DNA of 60,508 nucleotides from an uncultured Nitrososphaerales archaeon (GTDB taxonomy: Archaea; Thermoproteota; Nitrososphaeria; Nitrososphaerales; Nitrososphaeraceae): positions 1 through 60,508 of the forward strand of contig CAVPXM010000065.1 in assembly GCA_963709405.1 (NCBI GenBank), given 5' to 3'. Position numbers and translations under genes: made by a program. Shown here in pieces: positions 12,486-22,508 of the stretch (position 1 is the first letter of the stretch; each line of letters begins with the position of its first letter). Below the pieces are notes generated by a model that was not told the DNA's origin, searched no databases, and saw nothing but the letters and a program-made list of their open reading frames with translations.

Positions 12486-13817
12486 TTACGACTTGATAAG
12501 ATATCCTAACTTATCACATCTTGACAAAATCCTAGACCTACTACCTGGCTTGATCTCTATTGTAGTATTTCCTATTCTAGATGTAATCTGCTTTCTAATC
12601 GTAGGATCATTCATTAAGCTCTCGGCTATAATCTCATCTCTGCACTTCAATACTTCTGCTGTTCTGATCTCTACTTCTCCGTATCTTTCTCCCCAAACCT
12701 TTAGTTCATGCTTAACATTCTGCGGGATACTATCAGCCGATCCAGTAGCTCTTGTGAGTAAATAAATGATCTTTTGCCAAGTGTAGTTTCCTGTTCTAAA
12801 AGCTCTAAGAACGCTTTCCCTGCTGAGTTTGAAGACCAGTACCGGTTCATCTATAATGACACCACCAGAGGAGTCAGGTTTGCTTAGCATATCACAAAAC
12901 TCCCTTAGATGGAATGCAAGGAGTCGTCCATCCGGTGACTGTGACTGTAGAATAACTTCAAAATTTGATGTCACTACAACTAAATTATCAGATTTGATAT
13001 CTGAAGAATCGCCTATTGCAGTATCAATAGAAATAGGCAGGCTTGCCCATCTTCCCAGCACCACTAACTCTTTCTTTGAATTGTTTGTTTGCAAGATCCC
13101 TAAAAGACATAGTGGAAATACCAGCATCATATAAAGAAACTCTTCGAACATTTCATCATGATTACTTATCACGCCTCTTGGTCCATACACACCTACGCTG
13201 TATCCTCCTCTATCTGTGAAGAGTTTTCCACTTGATTCAATGCTACATTTACCCAATATAGAATGTGTAAAGTACCAAGTGCCAGGTTTCATCTCATTTT
13301 TTATTTGCATGTAAAGTAATTTTCTTGTTGCGATCTCATCGGATTTTAATCTAGGCATATTCGTATCAAATTCGTATATTTTGGATTTGAATAAGAAAGG
13401 ATAGTTAGTATTCTTTCCATTTGCCCACCACTCTAGGAAGGCTTCGTTGAGCACCTTGCTTGATGAGAGCATCTCGCTTGCCCTAGACGATATAACTTCT
13501 AGTCGTTCTGCTTCTCCTTCTCTTCTGATAGATCTTCTTACAAGTCTTTTGTCATATAGAAATGCCATAAGCATCTCATTTAAAACATTCCAATCATAGT
13601 ACTTTGCATTATGAAGCGTTTTGTACACCTGAGAGCTAGCCACAAGTTGTTTGAATATTGGTAGGAAGATGGCCTTTGGAATGAGCCCAGCCTTAGGAGT
13701 CGGTTTAGGATGTTTTGAAGAGATATAGTCAAGGACTGTTTGAATTAGATTCGACAGCTCTGGTGTTTGTAGTGCAGAAGGCCTTGCTTTTTCTCCTGCA
13801 ATCTCATTATCCATCAA
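12486..13817 (-). CDS. XPB-partner protein with Helicase_C_3 (Tfb2/p52-like) C-terminal domain
   Basis: LVVVTSNFEVIL...FKLSRESVLRAF...IPQNVKHELKVWGERYGEVEI; lies immediately upstream of xpb on the same strand. Confidence 0.75.
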   Translation of the reverse strand: MMDNEIAGEKARPSALQTPELSNLIQTVLDYISSKHPKPTPKAGLIPKAIFLPIFKQLVASSQVYKTLHNAKYYDWNVLNEMLMAFLYDKRLVRRSIRREGEAERLEVISSRASEMLSSSKVLNEAFLEWWANGKNTNYPFLFKSKIYEFDTNMPRLKSDEIATRKLLYMQIKNEMKPGTWYFTHSILGKCSIESSGKLFTDRGGYSVGVYGPRGVISNHDEMFEEFLYMMLVFPLCLLGILQTNNSKKELVVLGRWASLPISIDTAIGDSSDIKSDNLVVVTSNFEVILQSQSPDGRLLAFHLREFCDMLSKPDSSGGVIIDEPVLVFKLSRESVLRAFRTGNYTWQKIIYLLTRATGSADSIPQNVKHELKVWGERYGEVEIRTAEVLKCRDEIIAESLMNDPTIRKQITSRIGNTTIEIKPGSRSRILSRCDKLGYLIKS

Positions 13818-14232
13818 ATGGAACGAGATCTACTTTAAGTGATCTTATGTTGAAGTATCTTCTTGCCTCCTTTGGAATTAAAAGGTAGACTTGACGATCC
13901 TCATTAAACCCCTTCTTGACGATGTAATTATAATCAATCGATAATGGTTTGGTGAAGACAAATACAGATGATAGAGGAGGGCTTTCTTGCCCGTACTGGT
14001 AATAGTTGTAGTAATTGTGATAGGAATGGAAAGCAAATCGACGTTCTAGGTCGTAATTGTAATTTTCATCATCCTCATCCTCCTCATGCTTACCTCGAGA
14101 GTGGGTAGCCTTTTCCCCACTAATCGACCTATTACCATGTTGTCCTTGATTCCTCTTAGAGGAATATACTGATGACTTTCTGTTTAGTCTGGATTCCATT
14201 TTCATCCTAGTCAGAACTTCCCATGCAGACAT
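13807..14232 (-). CDS. Hypothetical protein, probably the detached N-terminal part of the XPB-partner gene
   Basis: Overlaps the start of 12486..13817; ends YLLIPKEARRYF; the frame continues upstream past a stop to a junction near 14295. Confidence 0.45.
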   Translation of the reverse strand: MSAWEVLTRMKMESRLNRKSSVYSSKRNQGQHGNRSISGEKATHSRGKHEEDEDDENYNYDLERRFAFHSYHNYYNYYQYGQESPPLSSVFVFTKPLSIDYNYIVKKGFNEDRQVYLLIPKEARRYFNIRSLKVDLVPFDG

Positions 14233-14296
14233 GTACCCACCAGCCTGAAGGATGTAGAAAAAGAGCTAGAATTGTTCTTCTCTTCCATGATTTACC

Positions 14297-14600
14297 TTGA
14301 AGACAGGATCTTGGCATCAAAATAATGATAAAGAATATCTCGGAATTAAAAATGCCGTTGAAGAAAAAGTATATGCCACTTTATCTAATGGAGCAAGCCT
14401 GCTGAAACTTGCTCTCACTTGTGTAATCCATTCGGTAAGAAGCAACCCAGAACAATACGTTTCGGTAATGTATGGTAAATATTCACCATCGAATTACAAC
14501 CTCAGGATTTAAAAACCCTAGCAAATGATGCGGCGAACCTTTATAGCATACTCGCTAAGGATCTAGTAGATGAAATTCTTAACAATTACAATATTTGCAC
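14297..14600 (+). pseudogene. C-terminal remnant of a thaumarchaeal HTH-coiled-coil family protein
   Basis: EYLGIKNAVEEKVYATLSNGASLLKLALTCVIHSVRSNPEQY resembles the C-termini of this family (recalled, not searched). Confidence 0.4.
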
Positions 14601-15015
14601 CTCACAACCCTTAATGCAATCAATATCCCCATCAGACATATACCTAACTTCAAAATAATACACTGTCTGATCCTATTTTCGAAGATACATCTATTACGGT
14701 ATTCTCATTCGACAATTGCGCTTTATACCTACAACCTCCACTTGACATATATTTTACAAATATTGAATTGACTCCATCTTGATAGCCTCTATCTCTGTTC
14801 ATACAGGAAGTATTTTGTCTCATCACAAGCAGAAGGACTGACATAGTCTATCCAAAACTTATCTCCATTTTTTTCATGATATCGCCTGCTAAGTCGCTTA
14901 GGCAAAAATATAGTCATTTTCTCTTATACTTTTTCTTATCTAGTGATTATATAGTTGATAGAAAATAAAATTATTTTCAAACACATCGAACAGAACAGTA
15001 ATTTAGATTTCTCTG

Positions 15016-15267
15016 TCAAACTGTCAAAGCAATTATAACTACAAAAAAATTAGACCTGGCAATTTCGAATTCTAACTGTCCTTTAATCTCATCGTTTAGA
15101 TCTAGAGATGACTCTGGAAGGACAGCCTGCAATCCGAGTTTGACAAAATAGTCAAATATCGTTTGAGCTAAATCTCTATCTGCAAGCGAATGTGAGATAA
15201 AGAAGTTTAAAGGCCGATAATATTGTTCTGGTCTGAGGGTATTATCAGCCATCATTCTTAGTTTCAT
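15016..15267 (-). pseudogene. Truncated TIR (TIR_2-like) domain
   Basis: FFISHSLADRDLAQTIFDYFVKLGLQ...EIARSNFFVVII; stops before the catalytic Glu helix. Confidence 0.75.
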
Positions 15268-15458
15268 TTATGACTATAAAAATAAACCCCTTTGCAGAAC
15301 CTAGATCTGGATGATATTGTTGTAGTACTCAACTTCGCAACCAAAACCAAAATATGCAGGGAACCCTATGCTCTTGTCAAACGCTACGAGCGGGCCGCAT
15401 AATTTTTTCAATTTTGGTTCACACACCTCCGAGCCCGGACCACCGGTTATTCTATATT

Positions 15459-16389
15459 TTATGATTCATCATAATCAGCTCTCTCTTTATGTTCCAAACG
15501 ATAGCGTTCTATCATTAGCCTAATTGCATCGGTGTATTTACTGGGATGGGAAAAAACATCCATCACTATATTTTTTAGATTTTGTGGATTTATCACCTGC
15601 TTTGAATAATTCAGATCCTTGGGAGCTTTGTTTAACTCGTCTTCTGGGATCACCCACATCATATTTTCCTTTTTACGTTCCCAAAATTTCACTTGTTCTA
15701 GCTCTGTTTTGTACATGTCTCTTTCTTGATTTGATTCTTCTAGTTTCTGTTTTAATTGTTGGTTTTTCTCAAATAAGGGTCTATCATTCCAGTACTCTTC
15801 AAGTTTTCTTTCTGTTGTATGATGACCTTCCAATGCAAGTTTCTGTTCTGATTTTATTTGCTGTATTTGATCAATTAGACTATCTTTTTCAGCTTTCAAT
15901 TGTTCAATGTAGCCAGGAAAATTCTCAAGAGGAATATCGAGCTTATCTGCTGCCCAATACAGGTGATAGAGAATATCAAAAAACTGCTTTACAGATAGGT
16001 TCTGTTTAAAACAAAACACTTCTATACTTATTATGAAGGATTCCATTTTCTTTTCTGCAACTTCGTCAAGGCCATAGATGTCTGCTTCGCTTTCTCCTGC
16101 TTCTCCTGATCTAATATCTAATATCTAGCAACCATTCTTTTTCTACAAGAACTTCTCTTAGCCTGATTAAAGCTGCAAAGGATTCTATGCTCATACCTCT
16201 GTTTTTGAGGTTTAAAGCAACTTCCCTCAGCAAGTCAAATTCAGGGTCATCTTTTCTATATTCTTTTACTATGCCACTTACAGTACCAGCTCCAATACCA
16301 ATTTCATTTGCAATTTGGTCTCTCCTCTGGCCTTGAAGCCACTTTCTAATAACCTCTAGTCTGACTGGTCTTGGGATCTTTGAGCCCAT
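15459..16389 (-). pseudogene. HTH plus coiled-coil protein split by a 7-bp tandem duplication
   Basis: KWLQGQRRDQIANEIGIGAGTVSGIV HTH; tctaata x2 at 16110-16123, and removing one copy fuses 16111..16389 in frame to 15459..16046; paralog at 59016. Confidence 0.8.
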
Positions 16390-16487
16390 AGTATATGTCG
16401 ATAAATATTACTAAAGCTATAAATAAAAAAGAAACACAAAAATTATTTAATTTTATTGAAGACTCGGTTAAAATGAGTATACTACCT

Positions 16488-16560
16488 ATTTGACGTAGAT
16501 CTGACGACTATTTGACTGCAATTTGACGGATATCTGACTAGTATTTGACAGTGATTTGAC
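16488..16560. repeat. Seven ATYTGAC motifs at exact 11-bp period
   Basis: TGAC at 16491, 16502, 16513, 16524, 16535, 16546 and 16557, with variable 4-nt spacers. Confidence 0.92.
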
Positions 16561-16987
16561 TATAAATAAGACACCTGTCAGACATTTTCACGTTGTATCC
16601 GAGTAAGCAATCATGGTTCATAACACATAAGGAAATAACCAAACTTCTAAAGATTCTTATCAAGTAGCTTGAAAATATGGAAAAGTCAAATACATATATA
16701 CTAAAATGATTTTAAGATTCTTATTCAATATATTTATGATTAAATAAAAATTATAAAAATTAGATAGCATTCAGATGAATATTTCATGTGTCAAAGAATC
16801 GTATGATTGCTTTGGAGAAACAGAAGTGCAAGATCCAGCATGTCAAGGAACTGGGACGTTCTATTTATAAGTAGAGTCTGTGTCAGTTGAGGCCTACGAT
16901 GTAACGCCTGACGCATAGTATGTTTACATAGGAATACAGAAAGAACAAGATATACCAACGAAAAGTAGCATATAATATAAGAAGATT

Positions 16988-17239
16988 TTATGAATAAGCA
17001 GACACAAAGGCAATCCAACCTTTTAACAATTTCCTTCCCTTTGAAGTAATTGAATACAGTATCTTGTTTGCTGTATTTATACCATTTACATATCCTTCCC
17101 GCTTTAAGCGAATCTCTAGTGCATCCTTTAGTGTTGCAGGATTTTTGTATATACGTCCTTTGCTTCCTTTTGATATTACCGCAGATATTTGAGTTGTGGT
17201 TAAAAGCCATTCTGATTGGTTGGGTGCCATTAGGATCAC
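16988..17239 (-). CDS. Small winged-helix protein
   Basis: RLKREGYV...LYSITSKGRKLLKGW wing motif. Confidence 0.7.
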   Translation of the reverse strand: MILMAPNQSEWLLTTTQISAVISKGSKGRIYKNPATLKDALEIRLKREGYVNGINTANKILYSITSKGRKLLKGWIAFVSAYS

Positions 17240-17546
17240 AAAACTATTTGAGAGCTGTATGATGTTTCCAGCGGCAAAGATAGAAAAAATATCACATTAA
17301 AATTATGGGCTGGATGTTTAGATGCATCAAAAACTCTTCGCAAAAAATATGTACCTGATTGCAACCCAGACGGAACACCAAAAATGCGTCAGGATTATTT
17401 TAATAGCATATCTGGTTTGGGAGTAAGAGTAATCGGAGAGCAAGATAAGAAAATGTACTTGCGCCCCAAAATTATATAATATAGTAATGTAAGTTGTAAC
17501 ACTATGCTTGATATTATTATTGTTATCCCGGATTCTTTCTCTAGGT

Positions 17547-18104
17547 ATGGAATGTCTATCATCTATGAACATCCTAATAGCTGAGGACGAACGAGACATT
17601 GCATTGCTTTATAAAGAAGCTCTAGAGGCCAGAAAACACAAAGTTACGATCACATTCAATGGTGAAGATTGTCTCAAAACATATCACGATGTAGGTCATA
17701 TTGTCAAGTTTGGGAATGAATCATTATCGTTTCACCGTCATTGCAAGTATAATTCACCATTTGATGTGTTGCTTCTAGATTATAAAATGCCTGAGATCGA
17801 TGGCTTTGAAGTTGCAAAAGAAATACTTGCGGTAAATTCACATCAGCGAATAATTTTTGCGTCTGCACATGTGAAAGAAACCCTTGAAGATAGTATAAAA
17901 CAACTGAAACAAGTTGTAGAGTTAATGCAAAAGCCATTTACTCTAAAGGAATTAATTGATACCATAGAAGACAAGGAAGTATATACTGAGTTACAGAAAC
18001 TTAATGTGGATCTAAACATTGTCAAAGCTAGCAATCCGACTCACGAACAAATAATGGATCTGCTCAAGAGATTAAGAAGAATTGAGAAGATGCGAACATT
18101 TTAG
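17547..18104 (+). CDS. Response regulator receiver protein
   Basis: ILIAEDE, LLLDYKMPEIDG, IIFASA, QKPF. Confidence 0.9.
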   Translation: MECLSSMNILIAEDERDIALLYKEALEARKHKVTITFNGEDCLKTYHDVGHIVKFGNESLSFHRHCKYNSPFDVLLLDYKMPEIDGFEVAKEILAVNSHQRIIFASAHVKETLEDSIKQLKQVVELMQKPFTLKELIDTIEDKEVYTELQKLNVDLNIVKASNPTHEQIMDLLKRLRRIEKMRTF

Positions 18105-18264
18105 AATACCGGAAGTCGGCAATTTCTAATTATTATACTCCAGTTACTCTTGCAAGAGATACCATAGCTATAAGCAGATGGTTCAGTCAAAAATTCAGGT
18201 ATGATGATATTTAATCCCTAGATATAGTGAATATAAATTTACTAAATATGAAATATATATCAGG

Positions 18265-18672
18265 TTAGGAAGGTGCTGCAGTGAGATAAAAATGAGCCTC
18301 ATTTGTTGAGGTTACCGTGGAAAGGGCGCAATTCCTATAATTATTTTTACTATAGTTAGTAATGCACGCTGTTACCTTTTCACCTGTATGGAAAAAACCT
18401 GGTATCGCGTCCCTTTGAATATTATTGGAAATAAAGAGAATTAATCGCCATGCATTAGGCTGCCCTTTCTCTCCTGTTACTGCAATCATCACATTATTGA
18501 AAATATGCTTGTTTTTTAAATGAAAGAAGAATTTTATCATGGATGAGCTAAAGTTGGTATTATTTACTGCATTTGCTTCGTTATAATGTAATATTAATAC
18601 CGTAAATAGTAATGCCACTATCATGACAATGGATATAATCATCATAACATTACAATTCTGGTCATAAATCAT
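18265..18672 (-). CDS. Secreted hypothetical protein
   Basis: Hydrophobic signal ending EANA; two Cys in the C-terminal beta-rich part. Confidence 0.5.
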   Translation of the reverse strand: MIYDQNCNVMMIISIVMIVALLFTVLILHYNEANAVNNTNFSSSMIKFFFHLKNKHIFNNVMIAVTGEKGQPNAWRLILFISNNIQRDAIPGFFHTGEKVTACITNYSKNNYRNCALSTVTSTNEAHFYLTAAPS

Positions 18673-18969
18673 ATAAAACGCTAATGCTTTTTATTATTTT
18701 ATTTTTCTCAGTCCTGCAATTCAAAATCTTGAAACATACTCGTGTGATATTTTAATACAAGTTTTGCACTATATAGATTTCACGAAGATTCCGAGGCTGA
18801 CTTCAAACTTGTTAGCATCTATTTGCATAATCGGGAAAACAAAAATGGAAATTGATCTGTCCTAAACCGTGATTTATCGTATTCATTAAATCGTCTGTAT
18901 CGTCAAATTTCATGGGGGATTTTGATATCAATTCAAAAGAAATTTTGGATACTGACTAGTTGTATGGTG

Positions 18970-20079
18970 TTACGGATTGACAATTTTGGGAGTTAGCCTC
19001 TTGCCTGTTTCTAAGGTGAAATAATGAATCTTTGAATAAGGAATTCCAATTATGACCTCTTTCCCAATACTGGGGTCGAAATCTGGGTCTATATTTGTGA
19101 CTCTAATTGAATCCTTACCTACATTGACTTCGACTAGAGAATCATCTCCCAATAGCTCGGTGAACGATATCTTACCTTTTATTTTGATACCAATAAAGTC
19201 GTCGTTATTTAGAAACATAATATCCTTTGGCCTTATTCCAAGTATAAGACCATCAGATGAAGGTTCAAACATCGAACATGTTTGTGGGATTTGTAGCTGG
19301 ATATTATTTGATTGAAGTGTAATGCCAGAATTTTTTTCGATTATCTTACACTTCAGGAAATTCATAGATGGACTTCCTACAAAATCTGCTACGAATGTAT
19401 TCGCAGGTTCTCTGTACACTTCGCTTGGCGTACCAATCTGTTGGATTAAACCACTTTTCATTATTGCAACCTGATCTGCCATACTCATTGCTTCAATCTG
19501 GTCGTGGGTAATATAGAGTGTAGTTATTCCTACTTTCTTTTGTAGCTTCTTAATCTCAGATCGCATATATGTACGTAGTTTTGCATCTAGATTGCTTAGT
19601 GGCTCGTCCATAAGGAAGACCTTTGGTTCCCTAACTAATGCCCTACCTAATGCCACTCTTTGCATCTGACCCCCGCTTAATTCTTTGGGTTTCCTATCGA
19701 GAAGATTTTCTATGCCTAGCAGATTCGCTACATGTCTGACCTTATCATCTATCTGGTCCTTAGATACCTTTCTCATTTTTAACGGAAAAGCGATATTATT
19801 ATAAACAACCATGTGAGGATAAAGCGCATAATTCTGGAATACCATTGCAACATCCCGGTCTTTTGGAGGCAGATTGTTCACCAGTTGATCTCCTATGTAT
19901 ATCTGGCCACTGGTCGGATTAACTAGACCTGCAATACATCTTACTGCAGTGGTTTTCCCACAACCGGACGGACCCAAGAGTACCATAAACTGGCCAGAAT
20001 CGACTTTCAGAGAAAATTCATCTAGCGCGTTCGCGTAACCATATCTCTTAGTCAGGCTCTCAATCCGCAGACTAGTCAT
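18970..20079 (-). CDS. Carbohydrate ABC transporter ATP-binding protein (MalK-like)
   Basis: GPSGCGKT, LSGGQMQR, MDEPLSNLDAKLR, C-terminal TOBE-like region. Confidence 0.95.
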   Translation of the reverse strand: MTSLRIESLTKRYGYANALDEFSLKVDSGQFMVLLGPSGCGKTTAVRCIAGLVNPTSGQIYIGDQLVNNLPPKDRDVAMVFQNYALYPHMVVYNNIAFPLKMRKVSKDQIDDKVRHVANLLGIENLLDRKPKELSGGQMQRVALGRALVREPKVFLMDEPLSNLDAKLRTYMRSEIKKLQKKVGITTLYITHDQIEAMSMADQVAIMKSGLIQQIGTPSEVYREPANTFVADFVGSPSMNFLKCKIIEKNSGITLQSNNIQLQIPQTCSMFEPSSDGLILGIRPKDIMFLNNDDFIGIKIKGKISFTELLGDDSLVEVNVGKDSIRVTNIDPDFDPSIGKEVIIGIPYSKIHYFTLETGKRLTPKIVNP

Positions 20080-20291
20080 AACAAATATACTGCATGAGAC
20101 GATCTTTCTAAGGAAGATATTAATCTTCTCATGCAGGGATCTTTACTACTCATTTTGACTAATTCGTACAGGACGATCCTTATCTAATAGGATATTAGGT
20201 TTATGTTATACATTTCAATGATTTAGTAATATAATTCACGAGCTCACGCAAGGTAATAACACTTAAAAGCTATAGTGTCCTCAAGTGTCTC

Positions 20292-21626
20292 ATGAATATG
20301 AATAAAAAAATTACTTTTAGTGCTCTTTTTCTAATTCTATCTTTGGTTTTTACAATGACATCTGGCTTTATTATCCCAGTGTCGGCACAAAAAAAGCAAG
20401 TCACGCTTACTGCAATAGTAGCAGAACCAAAGGAAAGATGGGATGTCCTCTTTAATAGCGCCCTTCAAAAATTAAAACAGAAGCATCCGGACCTTGATAT
20501 TAAACTAGATTATAGAGTTTTGCCTTATGATGCCACTAGGACGCAAATTTTAACAGCAATGGCTGGCAGAACCCCAATTGATCTCATCTCTGCAGATCAA
20601 ATCTGGCTGGGTGAATTTGCCCAAGGTGGGTTTTTAACGGATCTTTCTGATCGCATTAAAACTTGGGGAAGACAAAGCGATTGGTATCAAACGAATTGGG
20701 AGGGCGGTAAATACAATGGCAAATTGTACGGTATCTGGGCCTGGACTGACATAAGGTCTATGTGGTACTGGAAAGATCTAATGAATAAAGCAGGGGTCAA
20801 TCCCGAGTCTTTAAAGACATGGGATGGGTATTTGACAGGATCAAAGGCGCTCAGTAATGCATTGAAAGATCAGGGAATACAATCAATGCACCTAGTAGGC
20901 GCTAGCCATTCACCAGACATGTGGTATCCTTATCTATGGATGCTGGGAGGAGAAATACTCAAGCTGAAGAGTGGACATCCAACAAAGGGTACGTACTGGT
21001 TTCCAGCATATAATAGTACACAAGGCATAAAAGCGCTAGGATTCCTAAAGCAACAAGTGGATGCAGGGATCAAACCCCAGGTAAATCATTTTTGGGGCCA
21101 GGAATTTGCTGACAGGAAGTTTGCTGTCATGTTAGAGGGATCCTGGCTGCTTGGAACATTCCCTCGTGATCAGTGGCCCGGCATTAACCAGAAGGTGGGA
21201 ATGTTGCCGGTCTTTCCAGTTCCGGATAAGAATACCAAGAGCACTACAATGATGGGTGGATGGATTCTTAGTATTCCTCAAACATCACAAAATAAAGACC
21301 TTGCATGGGAATTGTTGACGATTATGGTTGATCCAGGTGTACTAACTCCAATGTTGCAGAAAGAGGGTTATCTCCCAACCCAGAAACCAATTGGAGAAGG
21401 CCCGTATGCTTCCAAGTTGAATGCATCCATTCCATACTACAAGGAAATGATATCTATGATCCCGACTGCACATAGCAGGCCTAATATACCGGAATACCCA
21501 CAAATAGCTGATAATATAAAACAAGCAATTGATGAAGTGTACTACGGCATGAAGGATCCTAAACAGGCACTCGCCGACGCTGCTTGCGAAGTCAGCAAAA
21601 GTTTTAGGTTGGTAACGAAACTGTAA
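20292..21626 (+). CDS. Carbohydrate ABC transporter substrate-binding protein
   Basis: Signal peptide, DQIWLGEFA, GGWILSIP; removing one T at about 21584 restores the C-terminus DAAAKSAKVLGW. Confidence 0.92.
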   Translation: MNMNKKITFSALFLILSLVFTMTSGFIIPVSAQKKQVTLTAIVAEPKERWDVLFNSALQKLKQKHPDLDIKLDYRVLPYDATRTQILTAMAGRTPIDLISADQIWLGEFAQGGFLTDLSDRIKTWGRQSDWYQTNWEGGKYNGKLYGIWAWTDIRSMWYWKDLMNKAGVNPESLKTWDGYLTGSKALSNALKDQGIQSMHLVGASHSPDMWYPYLWMLGGEILKLKSGHPTKGTYWFPAYNSTQGIKALGFLKQQVDAGIKPQVNHFWGQEFADRKFAVMLEGSWLLGTFPRDQWPGINQKVGMLPVFPVPDKNTKSTTMMGGWILSIPQTSQNKDLAWELLTIMVDPGVLTPMLQKEGYLPTQKPIGEGPYASKLNASIPYYKEMISMIPTAHSRPNIPEYPQIADNIKQAIDEVYYGMKDPKQALADAACEVSKSFRLVTKL

Positions 21627-21640
21627 CGCTCTTCCTAAAT

Positions 21641-22508
21641 ATGTCAAATATTTTCGCAAAAGCCGAGCCGTATCTTTTCCTTACGCCTGCATTTGCGATA
21701 TTACTCATATTTTTGATATTCCCACTCTTTTGGAATCTGTACATCTCATTCCATGATGTATCTTTCATTACAATTCTGAAGGATTGGGAATACAGTGGAT
21801 GGACAAATTTTGTTGATTTGTTTAATGACCCTAATTTTTATACATCTTTGAAGATCACACTTCTTTTTGTGGCAGGATCAGTCGGTTTACAGTTCACCAT
21901 GGGTTTGCTTATGTCGGTATTACTAAATCAGAAAGTAAAAGCCTCAGGCATATTGCTTGCGATCTTTATAATACCATGGACTATATCTGCGGTAATAGCA
22001 GCTTTTTCATTCAAGTTCATTTTTGATTATAATTTTGGCATACTAAATTATATATTTCATCTGATGGGCCTACAACCTGTTGGCTGGCTTTCTGATCCTA
22101 ATATTGTGATCTGGTCTTTGGTAATAGCTAACATGTGGTATGGTGCCCCATTCACCATGCTCTTTCTTACTGCAGGATTATTATCTATAAACCCCTCAAT
22201 ATATGAAGGCAGCAGTGATAGATGGAGCAACGAAATTTAAATCTTTTTTGTATATCACACTTCCATTACTCAAGCCTTTCATCGTGATCAATCTCATTTT
22301 GATTACAATGTGGTCGGTAAACTTCTTTGATTTACAATTAGTTATGACCGGGGGAGGACCTTTGTTTGCTAGTACTACTGCTTCGCTTTATATGTATAGG
22401 CAGGCCTTTGAATTTGGGCTACTTTCTAAGGGCGCAGCTGCTGGATTGATCTTGATCATTATCAATATAGCCGTTACTTTTGTCTACATTAAACTCTTTA
22501 GAAGATGA
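21641..22508 (+). CDS. Carbohydrate ABC transporter permease (MalF-like; 1-nt frameshift near 22208)
   Basis: The EAA loop IYEAAVIDGA is restored by removing one G; TGGGP motif. Confidence 0.9.

Noticed and set aside
11274-13134. Plus-strand ORFs within xpb and its partner, and similar shadows over radA, ABC genes, ychF, kae1 and bud32
   Set aside because: They are antisense shadows of well-supported genes and carry no motifs.
16488-16560. CRISPR array
   Set aside because: 7-nt repeats with 4-nt spacers are far too short, and no cas genes occur in the window.
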